Origin: a virus
Virus genome (UHGV): UHGV-0071260
Length of the DNA: 24,179 nucleotides
Direction: 5' to 3' (one strand)
Shown: in pieces, positions 7,686 through 14,586 of the stretch
Layout of the letters: every line of letters starts with the position of its first letter
Numbering within the stretch: the stretch's first letter is position 1
Program-made: the position numbers and the translations under genes
Notes under the pieces: model-generated
The model's input: only the letters and a program-made list of their open reading frames with translations
What the model was told of the DNA's origin: nothing
Databases searched by the model: none

Positions 7686-7974
7686 ACACTTACATTTGAA
7701 TTTAAAAGGTGAATACTTCCACGCCATCCGGGCAGGAAAGAAGGTGGAAGAATACCGGCTTTACAATGAATACTGGCGTAAACGCCTGGAGGGGCGGGAG
7801 TACACAAGATTAATCATTAAATGGGGTTATCCATCGGATGATGAGAAAGACCGGATTATCGTATTGCCTTACATGGGGTACGAAATCAAGTTGATTCAAC
7901 ATCCACTATTCGGCCCTGATCCGGTGAAGGTATTCGCAATAAAGTGTGATATTTACTGGCAATACAGATTTTAA
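7675..7974 (+). CDS. ASCH-domain-like protein
   Basis: GxKxxExR signature (AGKKVEEYR) near the N-terminus, 99 aa. Confidence 0.5.
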   Translation: MANKHLHLNLKGEYFHAIRAGKKVEEYRLYNEYWRKRLEGREYTRLIIKWGYPSDDEKDRIIVLPYMGYEIKLIQHPLFGPDPVKVFAIKCDIYWQYRF

Positions 7975-7987
7975 GGTTTGTTGAGCA

Positions 7988-8197
7988 ATGAAAAAAGCTG
8001 GCCTGTCAATTAGCCGCGTATTGTGCGGTGATGAAAACGAGATCCGCATAGAAATTAAATTTAGCACTGGTAAAGAGATAATTCTTTACACGACACCTGA
8101 AAACCTGACGCTGGCGCTTACTGGTAAATCTGAAACGCCGTGCGACGTCCGGTTGCGCAATATTAAAATTAAGGAATTAAGGAAGGGTGAAAAATGA
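7988..8197 (+). CDS. hypothetical small protein
   Basis: 69-aa ORF. Confidence 0.4.
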   Translation: MKKAGLSISRVLCGDENEIRIEIKFSTGKEIILYTTPENLTLALTGKSETPCDVRLRNIKIKELRKGEK

Positions 8198-8394
8198 AAA
8201 GTAGAATGAAACGCCTGGTAAGAGCTTACGACAAGGCTTTAATGGTTTTTAGTGACCTGCGGCACAATAAACGTGAGCGTCGTAAATGGGCGCGTTTATT
8301 TGCTAAAGAATGGCACGAAGATGATGCGACAATCGACTGCCAAAGAGACGCAGACGAATTAGCAGATGATAACGTTTACTATATGATGTGGTGA
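8194..8394 (+). CDS. hypothetical basic small protein, paralog A of a tandem pair
   Basis: GGAAGGGTG RBS; clear similarity to the next gene (MKSxxKRxxRAYDKALxxFxxL...KRxRRxxARL...WH...DAD..A.DN.YY). Confidence 0.5.
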   Translation: MKSRMKRLVRAYDKALMVFSDLRHNKRERRKWARLFAKEWHEDDATIDCQRDADELADDNVYYMMW

Positions 8395-8398
8395 CAAT

Positions 8399-8635
8399 AT
8401 GAAAAGTAACCGTAAGCGCATGATAAGAGCATATGATAAAGCGTTAATAGAATTTAACGAACTATCACGCAGTAAGCGCCGCCGCAGACAATTCGCGCGA
8501 CTTCTTTTTCATGTATGGCACGACGCTGATTTCTTTTTTGATGCCAGACATATAACACAGGAAGATGCGGATAATATAGCTTACGATAACATTTACTACA
8601 TATTGAGAAGGTGGGAATATGCAAATAATCATTGA
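8399..8635 (+). CDS. hypothetical basic small protein, paralog B of a tandem pair
   Basis: Shares the N-terminal and central motif with 8194-8394. Confidence 0.5.
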   Translation: MKSNRKRMIRAYDKALIEFNELSRSKRRRRQFARLLFHVWHDADFFFDARHITQEDADNIAYDNIYYILRRWEYANNH

Positions 8636-8984
8636 TTACCTTTGCCACGCTGCAAATACGCTTTTCGGTTTTTATCAGCATCCATTCCTGAAAGAATGGG
8701 ACGAAATGCTTAATGACATCATTGATAAAGGGTTAATAGTTGAAGTGGACGAGCTAACGATAAAATTCAATTACGAAGGCAAAGAATATGAAATATGGGT
8801 AGGGAATAGATGGTATTCATACGGGCATATTTATTCAATTGGCGGCAAATACATTAAACGGAGCCAGGAGTTTAGACCGCGATTCCGAACAATGCGCCGT
8901 CTGCGTGACCTGCATATGAATATATTTGAAGATCAGAAAGCGTGTGAACTATTCAAGATCTACGGTGATAAATCATGGAACTAA
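8619..8984 (+). CDS. hypothetical protein
   Basis: 121-aa ORF with AAGGTGGG RBS. Confidence 0.5.
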   Translation: MQIIIDYLCHAANTLFGFYQHPFLKEWDEMLNDIIDKGLIVEVDELTIKFNYEGKEYEIWVGNRWYSYGHIYSIGGKYIKRSQEFRPRFRTMRRLRDLHMNIFEDQKACELFKIYGDKSWN

Positions 8985-9205
8985 AAATCTGGCAGGCTAT
9001 CGACGTTGTTGATAACGAATTAACCATGTTTGCCACTGATGGAAAGCGCGTGGTGATCGCTACATGGACGCGCAACCATGATGATATAGCTTTTCGTCGC
9101 AAGGCTGCGGAGTGGCTTTTCTCTGATGAAGGCTACACGATGAATATCTCCCAGCTTGCCAGAATGAAGGATGAAAAGCTGGTAGATAGTTACACGACTG
9201 CATAG
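8975..9205 (+). CDS. hypothetical small protein
   Basis: 76-aa ORF. Confidence 0.4.
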   Translation: MELKIWQAIDVVDNELTMFATDGKRVVIATWTRNHDDIAFRRKAAEWLFSDEGYTMNISQLARMKDEKLVDSYTTA

Positions 9206-9215
9206 TGGGGCAAAT

Positions 9216-9449
9216 ATGCGTATCTATGAACACAAGCGGGATAAAACCCGCTTTTTTGTTCGTGCTGGCGTGGCGTACCAGTATCACGAATGTGGATATA
9301 TTGAGGTGCTTGCTTACAACCTGGATTTCGAACAAGAAAAAGAATGGTTTGACTTTAAGATTTACCGTAAGCGCAAGCCAACGCGCGACGAACGACACGC
9401 TATCCGGGACTTTTTAATCAGCATAGACCACTGGGAGGCAGACGAATGA
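9216..9449 (+). CDS. hypothetical small protein
   Basis: GTGGGG RBS, 77 aa. Confidence 0.45.
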   Translation: MRIYEHKRDKTRFFVRAGVAYQYHECGYIEVLAYNLDFEQEKEWFDFKIYRKRKPTRDERHAIRDFLISIDHWEADE

Positions 9450-9673
9450 AAGTTAAATTCTTGCACGATCACGGATACCAGTCATTGAAACAGGTTGTTG
9501 GTAAGGTCGTTAATGTCGTTCATAGCGATGATATTACTTGCATGATTAATGGTGCTGATCTCATTGCCGCTGGTGCTGATGACCATTACATCAATCCGGC
9601 GTGGTCGTATACGTTCAGCTTGGGCGATTTCGTCGGGGACAAGGGGCGCGGGCTTGAGATTGTAGAGGATTAA
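9446..9673 (+). CDS. hypothetical small protein
   Basis: GGGAGG RBS; ATGA overlap. Confidence 0.45.
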   Translation: MKVKFLHDHGYQSLKQVVGKVVNVVHSDDITCMINGADLIAAGADDHYINPAWSYTFSLGDFVGDKGRGLEIVED

Positions 9674-9677
9674 CGGT

Positions 9678-9893
9678 ATGGACGTTTACGAAGATCTCTA
9701 CCTACAGACCAATAGCCGCACTTTTTATTTTCTGAAAAGCGGCGTCGTATATCGCAGCGACAACGGGGTGATAATGAAAGAGTGTTTATTTAAGCGTAAA
9801 GACCTACTCGAAGATCTGGTTTTTGCCGGGATATTTCGTAAACGTCCGGCTAACCTGGAAGAAGAAATGTTGATCGACGAGGTGTTAAAATGA
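9678..9893 (+). CDS. hypothetical small protein
   Basis: GAGGA RBS. Confidence 0.45.
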   Translation: MDVYEDLYLQTNSRTFYFLKSGVVYRSDNGVIMKECLFKRKDLLEDLVFAGIFRKRPANLEEEMLIDEVLK

Positions 9894-10135
9894 AAGTGAA
9901 TTATTTCAGGGCAAAAGACAAGGCAACAGGAAAGCGGGTGGCTATCCTGGTTAATGAAGCAAATTATATGTTTGTTCTCCAGCCGTGGTGCATAGCTGAC
10001 TATAACGATGATTATCGCCGTCACGCTGCGCGGCGGGCGGTCGGGATGAAAGGCTGGCAGCCTCGCGACATGCTTAATTACTGCGACTGGAATCTGATAG
10101 CAAAATACACGGTCGATTATAAAGGGGTTTTCTGA
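9890..10135 (+). CDS. hypothetical small protein
   Basis: GAGGTG RBS; ATGA overlap. Confidence 0.45.
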   Translation: MKVNYFRAKDKATGKRVAILVNEANYMFVLQPWCIADYNDDYRRHAARRAVGMKGWQPRDMLNYCDWNLIAKYTVDYKGVF

Positions 10136-10347
10136 TGCAAGTTAAATGCTCATACTCAAGCAATGACAGTGTTTTCACGATTGGGAGTATTTATGACGTT
10201 CACATCGTTTATGGCAATGAAGCACACACAATGAGTAATTGCCTTGCCTTGATTGATAATCATGACGAAATATGGGTATTCAGGCCGAGCTATGAAGGCG
10301 GTGAAATATCCGGTGTAGGTTTTGCTGCCAGCTTTGAACGTTATTAA
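10135..10347 (+). CDS. hypothetical small protein, tandem paralog family member 1 of 4
   Basis: AAGGGG RBS; motifs FTIGSIYDV and IDNHDEIWVF shared with the next three genes. Confidence 0.5.
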   Translation: MQVKCSYSSNDSVFTIGSIYDVHIVYGNEAHTMSNCLALIDNHDEIWVFRPSYEGGEISGVGFAASFERY

Positions 10348-10357
10348 AGGGGCAACA

Positions 10358-10615
10358 ATGAAACATTTATATTTTGAGGTATTGCAGACGCGCGACCGCA
10401 ATATTTTTGAAGAAGGGAAGATCTATTGCGGCGTTCAACTCCACGGCGCACCGGGCGGTGATGGTGCAATGGCGATAACTGGCGATGATGATAAAGTTTA
10501 TTTCGCTTATGTTAGCCATATCAATAACGCCGCTGGTTTGTATATTTATCGCATAGTGCATGATTTCCGTGAGATCGCGGAGTTTTGCGCCCGCGAAGGC
10601 AGTAAACCGGAATGA
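10358..10615 (+). CDS. hypothetical small protein, tandem paralog family member 2 of 4
   Basis: AAGGGG RBS before ATG 10358; motifs FEEGKIYCGV and AITGDDDKVYFAY. Confidence 0.5.
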   Translation: MKHLYFEVLQTRDRNIFEEGKIYCGVQLHGAPGGDGAMAITGDDDKVYFAYVSHINNAAGLYIYRIVHDFREIAEFCAREGSKPE

Positions 10616-10625
10616 GTGAGGTGCT

Positions 10626-10865
10626 ATGAATCGGAAACATAGATACCAGTGCACATACTCACGATGCAGCGCGTTTTTTAAGAATGGCAAGATCTACGAG
10701 GTTGACGCGGCATTGGTTGACGCAAAGGATCAGGAATATATTCATGCCATTACTGACGACCAGGGGCAGTTATGGCGATTTTATAAGATGGGTTGTGGCA
10801 CGGCGCTTGTTTATGCGCGTGCTGGTGGTGGTGCTTTTGCTGCGTTTTCGTATGTAGGGGTATGA
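10626..10865 (+). CDS. hypothetical small protein, tandem paralog family member 3 of 4
   Basis: GAGTGAGGTG RBS; motifs FKNGKIYEV, AITDDQGQLWRFY, GAFAAFSY. Confidence 0.5.
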   Translation: MNRKHRYQCTYSRCSAFFKNGKIYEVDAALVDAKDQEYIHAITDDQGQLWRFYKMGCGTALVYARAGGGAFAAFSYVGV

Positions 10866-10867
10866 AA

Positions 10868-11086
10868 ATGATTTTAACGTGTAACGAATCGAAATTGGGC
10901 TGCTTTGAGGAAGGCGTACAGTACACGGCTGAAAAACCGATGGGATTGTCTCCTAAATTTCCGTTTATCGTCGTGACTGACACTTACGGTCACTTATGGT
11001 ATGCAGGGCCGCTAGGCGGTATTGGTCGTTATGTTGTCCGTAGTTCGGATGGGGCGATGAAGGTTACTTTTACGGAAGAAACGTAA
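10868..11086 (+). CDS. hypothetical small protein, tandem paralog family member 4 of 4
   Basis: ATG 10868 (or 10862) after AGGGG; motifs FEEGVQYTA and VVTDTYGHLWYAG. Confidence 0.5.
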   Translation: MILTCNESKLGCFEEGVQYTAEKPMGLSPKFPFIVVTDTYGHLWYAGPLGGIGRYVVRSSDGAMKVTFTEET

Positions 11087-11087
11087 A

Positions 11088-11103
11088 TGTGATCTGTATC
11101 ACA
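11088..11103. promoter_or_regulatory. CRP-consensus-like palindrome TGTGAT-N4-ATCACA (copy 3 of the GTGAT-N4-ATCAC motif)
   Basis: aaaTGTGATctgtATCACAagg matches the CRP consensus core TGTGA-N6-TCACA; intergenic, directly after a stop codon. Confidence 0.35.
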
Positions 11104-11112
11104 AGGTTTACG

Positions 11113-11144
11113 AAATGGCATTGTTTCGGCAGTGCCATTTTGTT
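11113..11144 (+). terminator. putative intrinsic terminator or regulatory hairpin
   Basis: 11-bp stem with one mismatch (AAATGGCATTG / CAGTGCCATTT), 6-nt loop, followed by TGTT. Confidence 0.4.
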
Positions 11145-11184
11145 ATAAAGAAGCTGAAGAGAGAACGATGCGGAGGGTAGAAAA

Positions 11185-11463
11185 ATGAAACGCTGGATTA
11201 ACAAAGAAGTCGAATCTCGCTTAAACGCATTTTGGGAGATGGTGGAGAAAGAAGACCCAGCACACGCTGCAAGCCCTTACCTGAACAACATCGAATATCA
11301 CTACATTGCAGCAAACAACGCGGAGTTCGAAGAAGAAGGTGGAGCCGACAAGTTCGCACAAAGCAACGCATTCAACAACGCAAACGAAATGATGATGGCA
11401 GTCATCGAACAGGCAGAGGAAGACTACGAATGCAAATCACTTGAATTTGCACGCATGGCATAA
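11185..11463 (+). CDS. hypothetical acidic protein
   Basis: GGAGGG RBS; 92 aa. Confidence 0.5.
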   Translation: MKRWINKEVESRLNAFWEMVEKEDPAHAASPYLNNIEYHYIAANNAEFEEEGGADKFAQSNAFNNANEMMMAVIEQAEEDYECKSLEFARMA

Positions 11464-11472
11464 GGGGGAACC

Positions 11473-11613
11473 ATGAACGCTAACGCTAAATATCCGGCCT
11501 GGGTTTTCGAACTATACGCCCGCTACTTTGAAGTATTGGCACCAGGTGAAGAAGCATTAAGCATTGACGAATACGCGGAGTGCTTAGGATTTAGAGGAGA
11601 CGAAGAAGCATAA
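11473..11613 (+). CDS. hypothetical small protein (46 aa)
   Basis: Strong AAGGGGGA RBS 5 nt before ATG; read from sequence, below the track cut-off. Confidence 0.4.
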   Translation: MNANAKYPAWVFELYARYFEVLAPGEEALSIDEYAECLGFRGDEEA

Positions 11614-11618
11614 AACAC

Positions 11619-11634
11619 GGGGCCGGATGGCCCC
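11619..11634 (+). other. GC-rich stem-loop (GGGGCC-GGAT-GGCCCC) in a short intergenic spacer
   Basis: Perfect 6-bp GC stem with tetraloop; no U-tract after it. Confidence 0.3.
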
Positions 11635-11656
11635 ATCAAATCAGAAGGGTGTAATC

Positions 11657-11950
11657 ATGAAAAGCGCTAAATTTATTGCTTGCTGTTTTGTTGAAGTTCC
11701 CTATAACGATGCGTTCTATCACGCTACTTTTACCGATAAGAATGGGAATGATCACGTTATTGTCGGCAAGCGTGGTGACTGGCTTTATATAACTGATGAT
11801 GATTGCATTTTCACTAAAAATCAGTTGCAAAAACTGGTTATCGGTAAACAGGAACAGGAAGACTATCAAATCATCCCGGTGGAAAGACTGAAAAGGGAGC
11901 AGAGAATTAAACGCGCTCAAGAGGAATTAAATAACATAAAGGGTATGTGA
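11657..11950 (+). CDS. hypothetical protein
   Basis: ATG 11657 with GAAGGGTG RBS; the track start at 11627 lies inside the hairpin. Confidence 0.5.
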   Translation: MKSAKFIACCFVEVPYNDAFYHATFTDKNGNDHVIVGKRGDWLYITDDDCIFTKNQLQKLVIGKQEQEDYQIIPVERLKREQRIKRAQEELNNIKGM

Positions 11951-11951
11951 T

Positions 11952-12206
11952 ATGAAAACAATCAGACTATGGCGCGGCAATAGCCGACTTGATGGTGAGT
12001 ACATCCGCGTGATTGAAGATGTTAATCGTGGTCGGTTTTATGAATTGGCATACAGCGAAAAAAGGGAGAAAGAATATCTGAACGAATCGACCCCTATGTG
12101 GTGTAAAGTGGCTGGCCTTGCCTCAATTCTGCGCCACGGGTTTTATGCAGATCATAACACGCTAATTGATGCCGAACTGGTGACAACTCTTTACGAAGGA
12201 GAATAA
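11952..12206 (+). CDS. hypothetical small protein
   Basis: AAGGG RBS; 84 aa. Confidence 0.5.
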   Translation: MKTIRLWRGNSRLDGEYIRVIEDVNRGRFYELAYSEKREKEYLNESTPMWCKVAGLASILRHGFYADHNTLIDAELVTTLYEGE

Positions 12207-12209
12207 ACA

Positions 12210-12533
12210 ATGAGTAAATTTATCAGCGTTAAGGTTTTCCGTGGCAATTTTCCAGAAGATAAAGAAATTGGACAATTCGCAGGTGAACGTGGCGTATGTT
12301 TCCGTGTAGCTACTGAAGACGATGCGCACGTTAAATGCTTTCACGTATCTGAACCGCCTTTTAATGCAGACCATCTTGAAGACCTGAATAGAATTAAAAG
12401 CCTTATTTTTGCCTATCTGGCGTTCCATGGCATAGCTGATGCTGATGTTGAATTGGTTGGGGCCGAACTGGTGGCAGAATACAAAATGACTGAAGGCGAA
12501 AACGGAGGGGTGGAAATTGAGCGCATCAAATAA
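12210..12533 (+). CDS. hypothetical protein
   Basis: AAGGAG RBS; 107 aa. Confidence 0.5.
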   Translation: MSKFISVKVFRGNFPEDKEIGQFAGERGVCFRVATEDDAHVKCFHVSEPPFNADHLEDLNRIKSLIFAYLAFHGIADADVELVGAELVAEYKMTEGENGGVEIERIK

Positions 12534-12768
12534 GCTGTATAAAGTCAGGTGTAAAGGCGAATACCCTGGCTTTACGGTTGGTTGCGAATATCTGGGCCAC
12601 ATTGGGTACGGCCCTTTCGGTGAGTTGGGAATGAATACGATTGACGACGACGGCGACAGCAGGACGCTCGATCTTGATACGGATGACTTCGAATATATCC
12701 CTCCAGTTACTTACCGTGCCGTAGATGATTTCCTGGCTGAACAAGAAGATGATGAAGAGGATGATTAA
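12517..12768 (+). CDS. hypothetical protein with acidic C-terminus
   Basis: Putative TTG start at 12517 preceded by GGAGGGGTGG; start codon uncertain. Confidence 0.4.
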   Translation: MSASNKLYKVRCKGEYPGFTVGCEYLGHIGYGPFGELGMNTIDDDGDSRTLDLDTDDFEYIPPVTYRAVDDFLAEQEDDEEDD

Positions 12769-12770
12769 CT

Positions 12771-12911
12771 ATGGATGACGAATACGTTAACAATTTTATT
12801 GTTATGTTTCTTAGTGAAAATTGGCGCATGTTTGAACATTATTGTTTTGAGCGCGGGGAAAATGCTGAAGAAATATATCAATATTTAGGCGGGGAGAAAG
12901 AGGATGATTGA
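12771..12911 (+). CDS. hypothetical small protein (46 aa)
   Basis: ATG directly after upstream stop; read from sequence, below the track cut-off. Confidence 0.3.
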   Translation: MDDEYVNNFIVMFLSENWRMFEHYCFERGENAEEIYQYLGGEKEDD

Positions 12912-13098
12912 ATGTCTTATCATTGCTGTGTTTCTCCTTTATATTGCTGGCGCTATCCTGATGTCTTGTTTTATCAAATCTAATGATCTCGATCGTGGTG
13001 GTCTTGAGATTCCTTTCTGGCCTGTAGCGGTGTTTATTGCTCTCGTAGATGCCGCGCGCGCGCAGATCAAAAGGGTTATTAAGGAGCGCAAGAAATGA
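12904..13098 (+). CDS. small membrane protein
   Basis: GGGGAGAAAGAGG RBS; hydrophobic N-terminal helix IIAVFLLYIAGAILMSCFI. Confidence 0.45.
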   Translation: MIECLIIAVFLLYIAGAILMSCFIKSNDLDRGGLEIPFWPVAVFIALVDAARAQIKRVIKERKK

Positions 13099-13277
13099 TT
13101 GAAGATGGTATATACGCCGTAACACTAATCGACAAGATGTTTTATCGCGTAGAGGGTGGTGATATTCGCGTTTGCGTTAGCGATGGTGAGTGGGTAGCGC
13201 CAATCATCAAGACGACGCGAGAAACAATTAAGATCTGGCTTGATAATGGCGATTTGGTGAAAGTTAGTGATTTGTAG
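13095..13277 (+). CDS. hypothetical small protein
   Basis: AAGGAG RBS; 60 aa. Confidence 0.45.
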   Translation: MIEDGIYAVTLIDKMFYRVEGGDIRVCVSDGEWVAPIIKTTRETIKIWLDNGDLVKVSDL

Positions 13278-13339
13278 CCATAATCGCGCATAAAAAACAA
13301 ATAGATTAAAATATTTCCTAACAATGCGAAATTGTAATT

Positions 13340-13362
13340 GCCCGGCCCGCGCCGGGTTTTTG
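13340..13362 (+). terminator. intrinsic terminator upstream of the holin gene (candidate tR'-like element)
   Basis: Stem CCCGGC / GCCGGG with loop CCGC followed by TTTTT; in a 104-bp AT-rich intergenic region. Confidence 0.55.
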
Positions 13363-13381
13363 CTTTGTTGGAGGTAAATCT

Positions 13382-13582
13382 ATGTTCGACAAAATACGGG
13401 AGGCGTGCGCGTATGCAGTAGGGGCCGTAACGGCCTTTTTTGGTGCGATAACCATTAATGATGTTGCTGTCTTTGTGGGTATCTTATCAACCGTAGGCAC
13501 ATTTGCCGTTAACTATTACTTCAAATCACAGGAGAACAAGCGAGCGCAAGAGGAACACGACGCGCGAATGGGGAATAAGTAA
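13382..13582 (+). CDS. class II holin (pinholin-like)
   Basis: 66 aa with two hydrophobic helices and a charged C-terminus (YFKSQENKRAQEEHDAR); directly upstream of a SAR endolysin. Confidence 0.7.
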   Translation: MFDKIREACAYAVGAVTAFFGAITINDVAVFVGILSTVGTFAVNYYFKSQENKRAQEEHDARMGNK

Positions 13583-13583
13583 C

Positions 13584-14075
13584 ATGATTAACCAATCGCT
13601 GAAAAACCGATTAACTAAGGCGGCGGCTGGTGGAGTATTAGCCATTGCATCCGTTTTGCTTGTATGGGTTGAGGGTACGGCTTACGAGCCTTATTACGAT
13701 ACCGGAGGCGTGCTAACTGTATGCAATGGCATAACTGGACCTGATGTTGTCCCAGGTAAGAGATACACACCGGATGAATGCGAGAGACTTTTACAAAAAC
13801 ACTTAGCCGTTTATAAAAAGGCGGTAGATCGTTATGTAAAAGTTGACATGAATGACTACCAACGCGCCGCGCTAATTAGCTTTTCATACAATATCGGGGT
13901 TGACGCTTTCAAAAAATCAACCTTGTTAAAAAAAATAAACAAAGGCGACTTTAAAGGGGCGTGTAAGGAGTTAGATCGCTGGGTATATGATAACGGGCGA
14001 TACATACAGGGCTTAAAAAATCGTCGCGATATTGAGCGCACCGTTTGTGAGTGGGGCGTAAATGATGGAAAGTGA
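13584..14075 (+). CDS. SAR endolysin (phage lysozyme, T4-lysozyme fold)
   Basis: N-terminal signal-anchor-release helix AAAGGVLAIASVLLVWV; catalytic E-x8-D-x5-T spacing (EGTAYEPYYDTGGVLT); close resemblance to P21 R; track ORF 13503 starts upstream of the likely ATG. Confidence 0.9.
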   Translation: MINQSLKNRLTKAAAGGVLAIASVLLVWVEGTAYEPYYDTGGVLTVCNGITGPDVVPGKRYTPDECERLLQKHLAVYKKAVDRYVKVDMNDYQRAALISFSYNIGVDAFKKSTLLKKINKGDFKGACKELDRWVYDNGRYIQGLKNRRDIERTVCEWGVNDGK

Positions 14076-14586
14076 TAATGAACTAAAACGAAAACTACAC
14101 TACGACCCGGCAACAGGTATTTTTACCTATAAAGTTAGCCCACACGGGAGGATCAAGGCGGGTAGTGTAGCCGGGTATAAACATAAAAGCGGGTATATAT
14201 ACATAGGAAGATATAAAGCGCATCGCCTCGCGTGGTTTTTCCATTATGGGGTGTGGCCCGAAAAGGACATTGATCATATTAATGGGATAAAAACAGACAA
14301 CAGGATAGTAAACCTTAGAGAAACAGATGATGCGCATAATTGCAGAAACAAGAAACATATTACCACTCATACATTGTCTGCATTCAGGGGCGTTAGCTAC
14401 CACAAAACGGATCGTGGTAATCCTAAGTGGCGGGTAAGAATTACTGACAATAACGGTAAACGTATATCTATTGGTTTATTTGACTCACTAGACGAAGCAA
14501 TCGCCGCTCGCATTTTGGCAGAAAACTTTTTCTATGGTGAATATGCACCTTCGATGGGTTGCGAGGGGGAAACGTGGACAAGATAA
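14062..14586 (+). CDS. HNH homing endonuclease with AP2-type DNA-binding domain
   Basis: HNH motif DHINGIKTDNRIVNLRETDDAHN and AP2-like segment FRGVSYHK...WRVRI; overlaps endolysin 3' end and Rz 5' end. Confidence 0.85.
   Translation: MMESDNELKRKLHYDPATGIFTYKVSPHGRIKAGSVAGYKHKSGYIYIGRYKAHRLAWFFHYGVWPEKDIDHINGIKTDNRIVNLRETDDAHNCRNKKHITTHTLSAFRGVSYHKTDRGNPKWRVRITDNNGKRISIGLFDSLDEAIAARILAENFFYGEYAPSMGCEGETWTR

Noticed and set aside
11088-11103. Reading the GTGAT-N4-ATCACA palindrome as a LexA (SOS) box
   Set aside because: The LexA consensus CTGT-N8-ACAG does not fit; the half-sites match CRP-type TGTGA/TCACA instead.
11232-11444. Arg-rich 70-aa ORF in an alternative + frame of the 11185-11463 gene
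   Set aside because: Low-complexity Arg/Gln-rich translation of purine-rich sequence; the co-located frame has a proper RBS and a more protein-like sequence.
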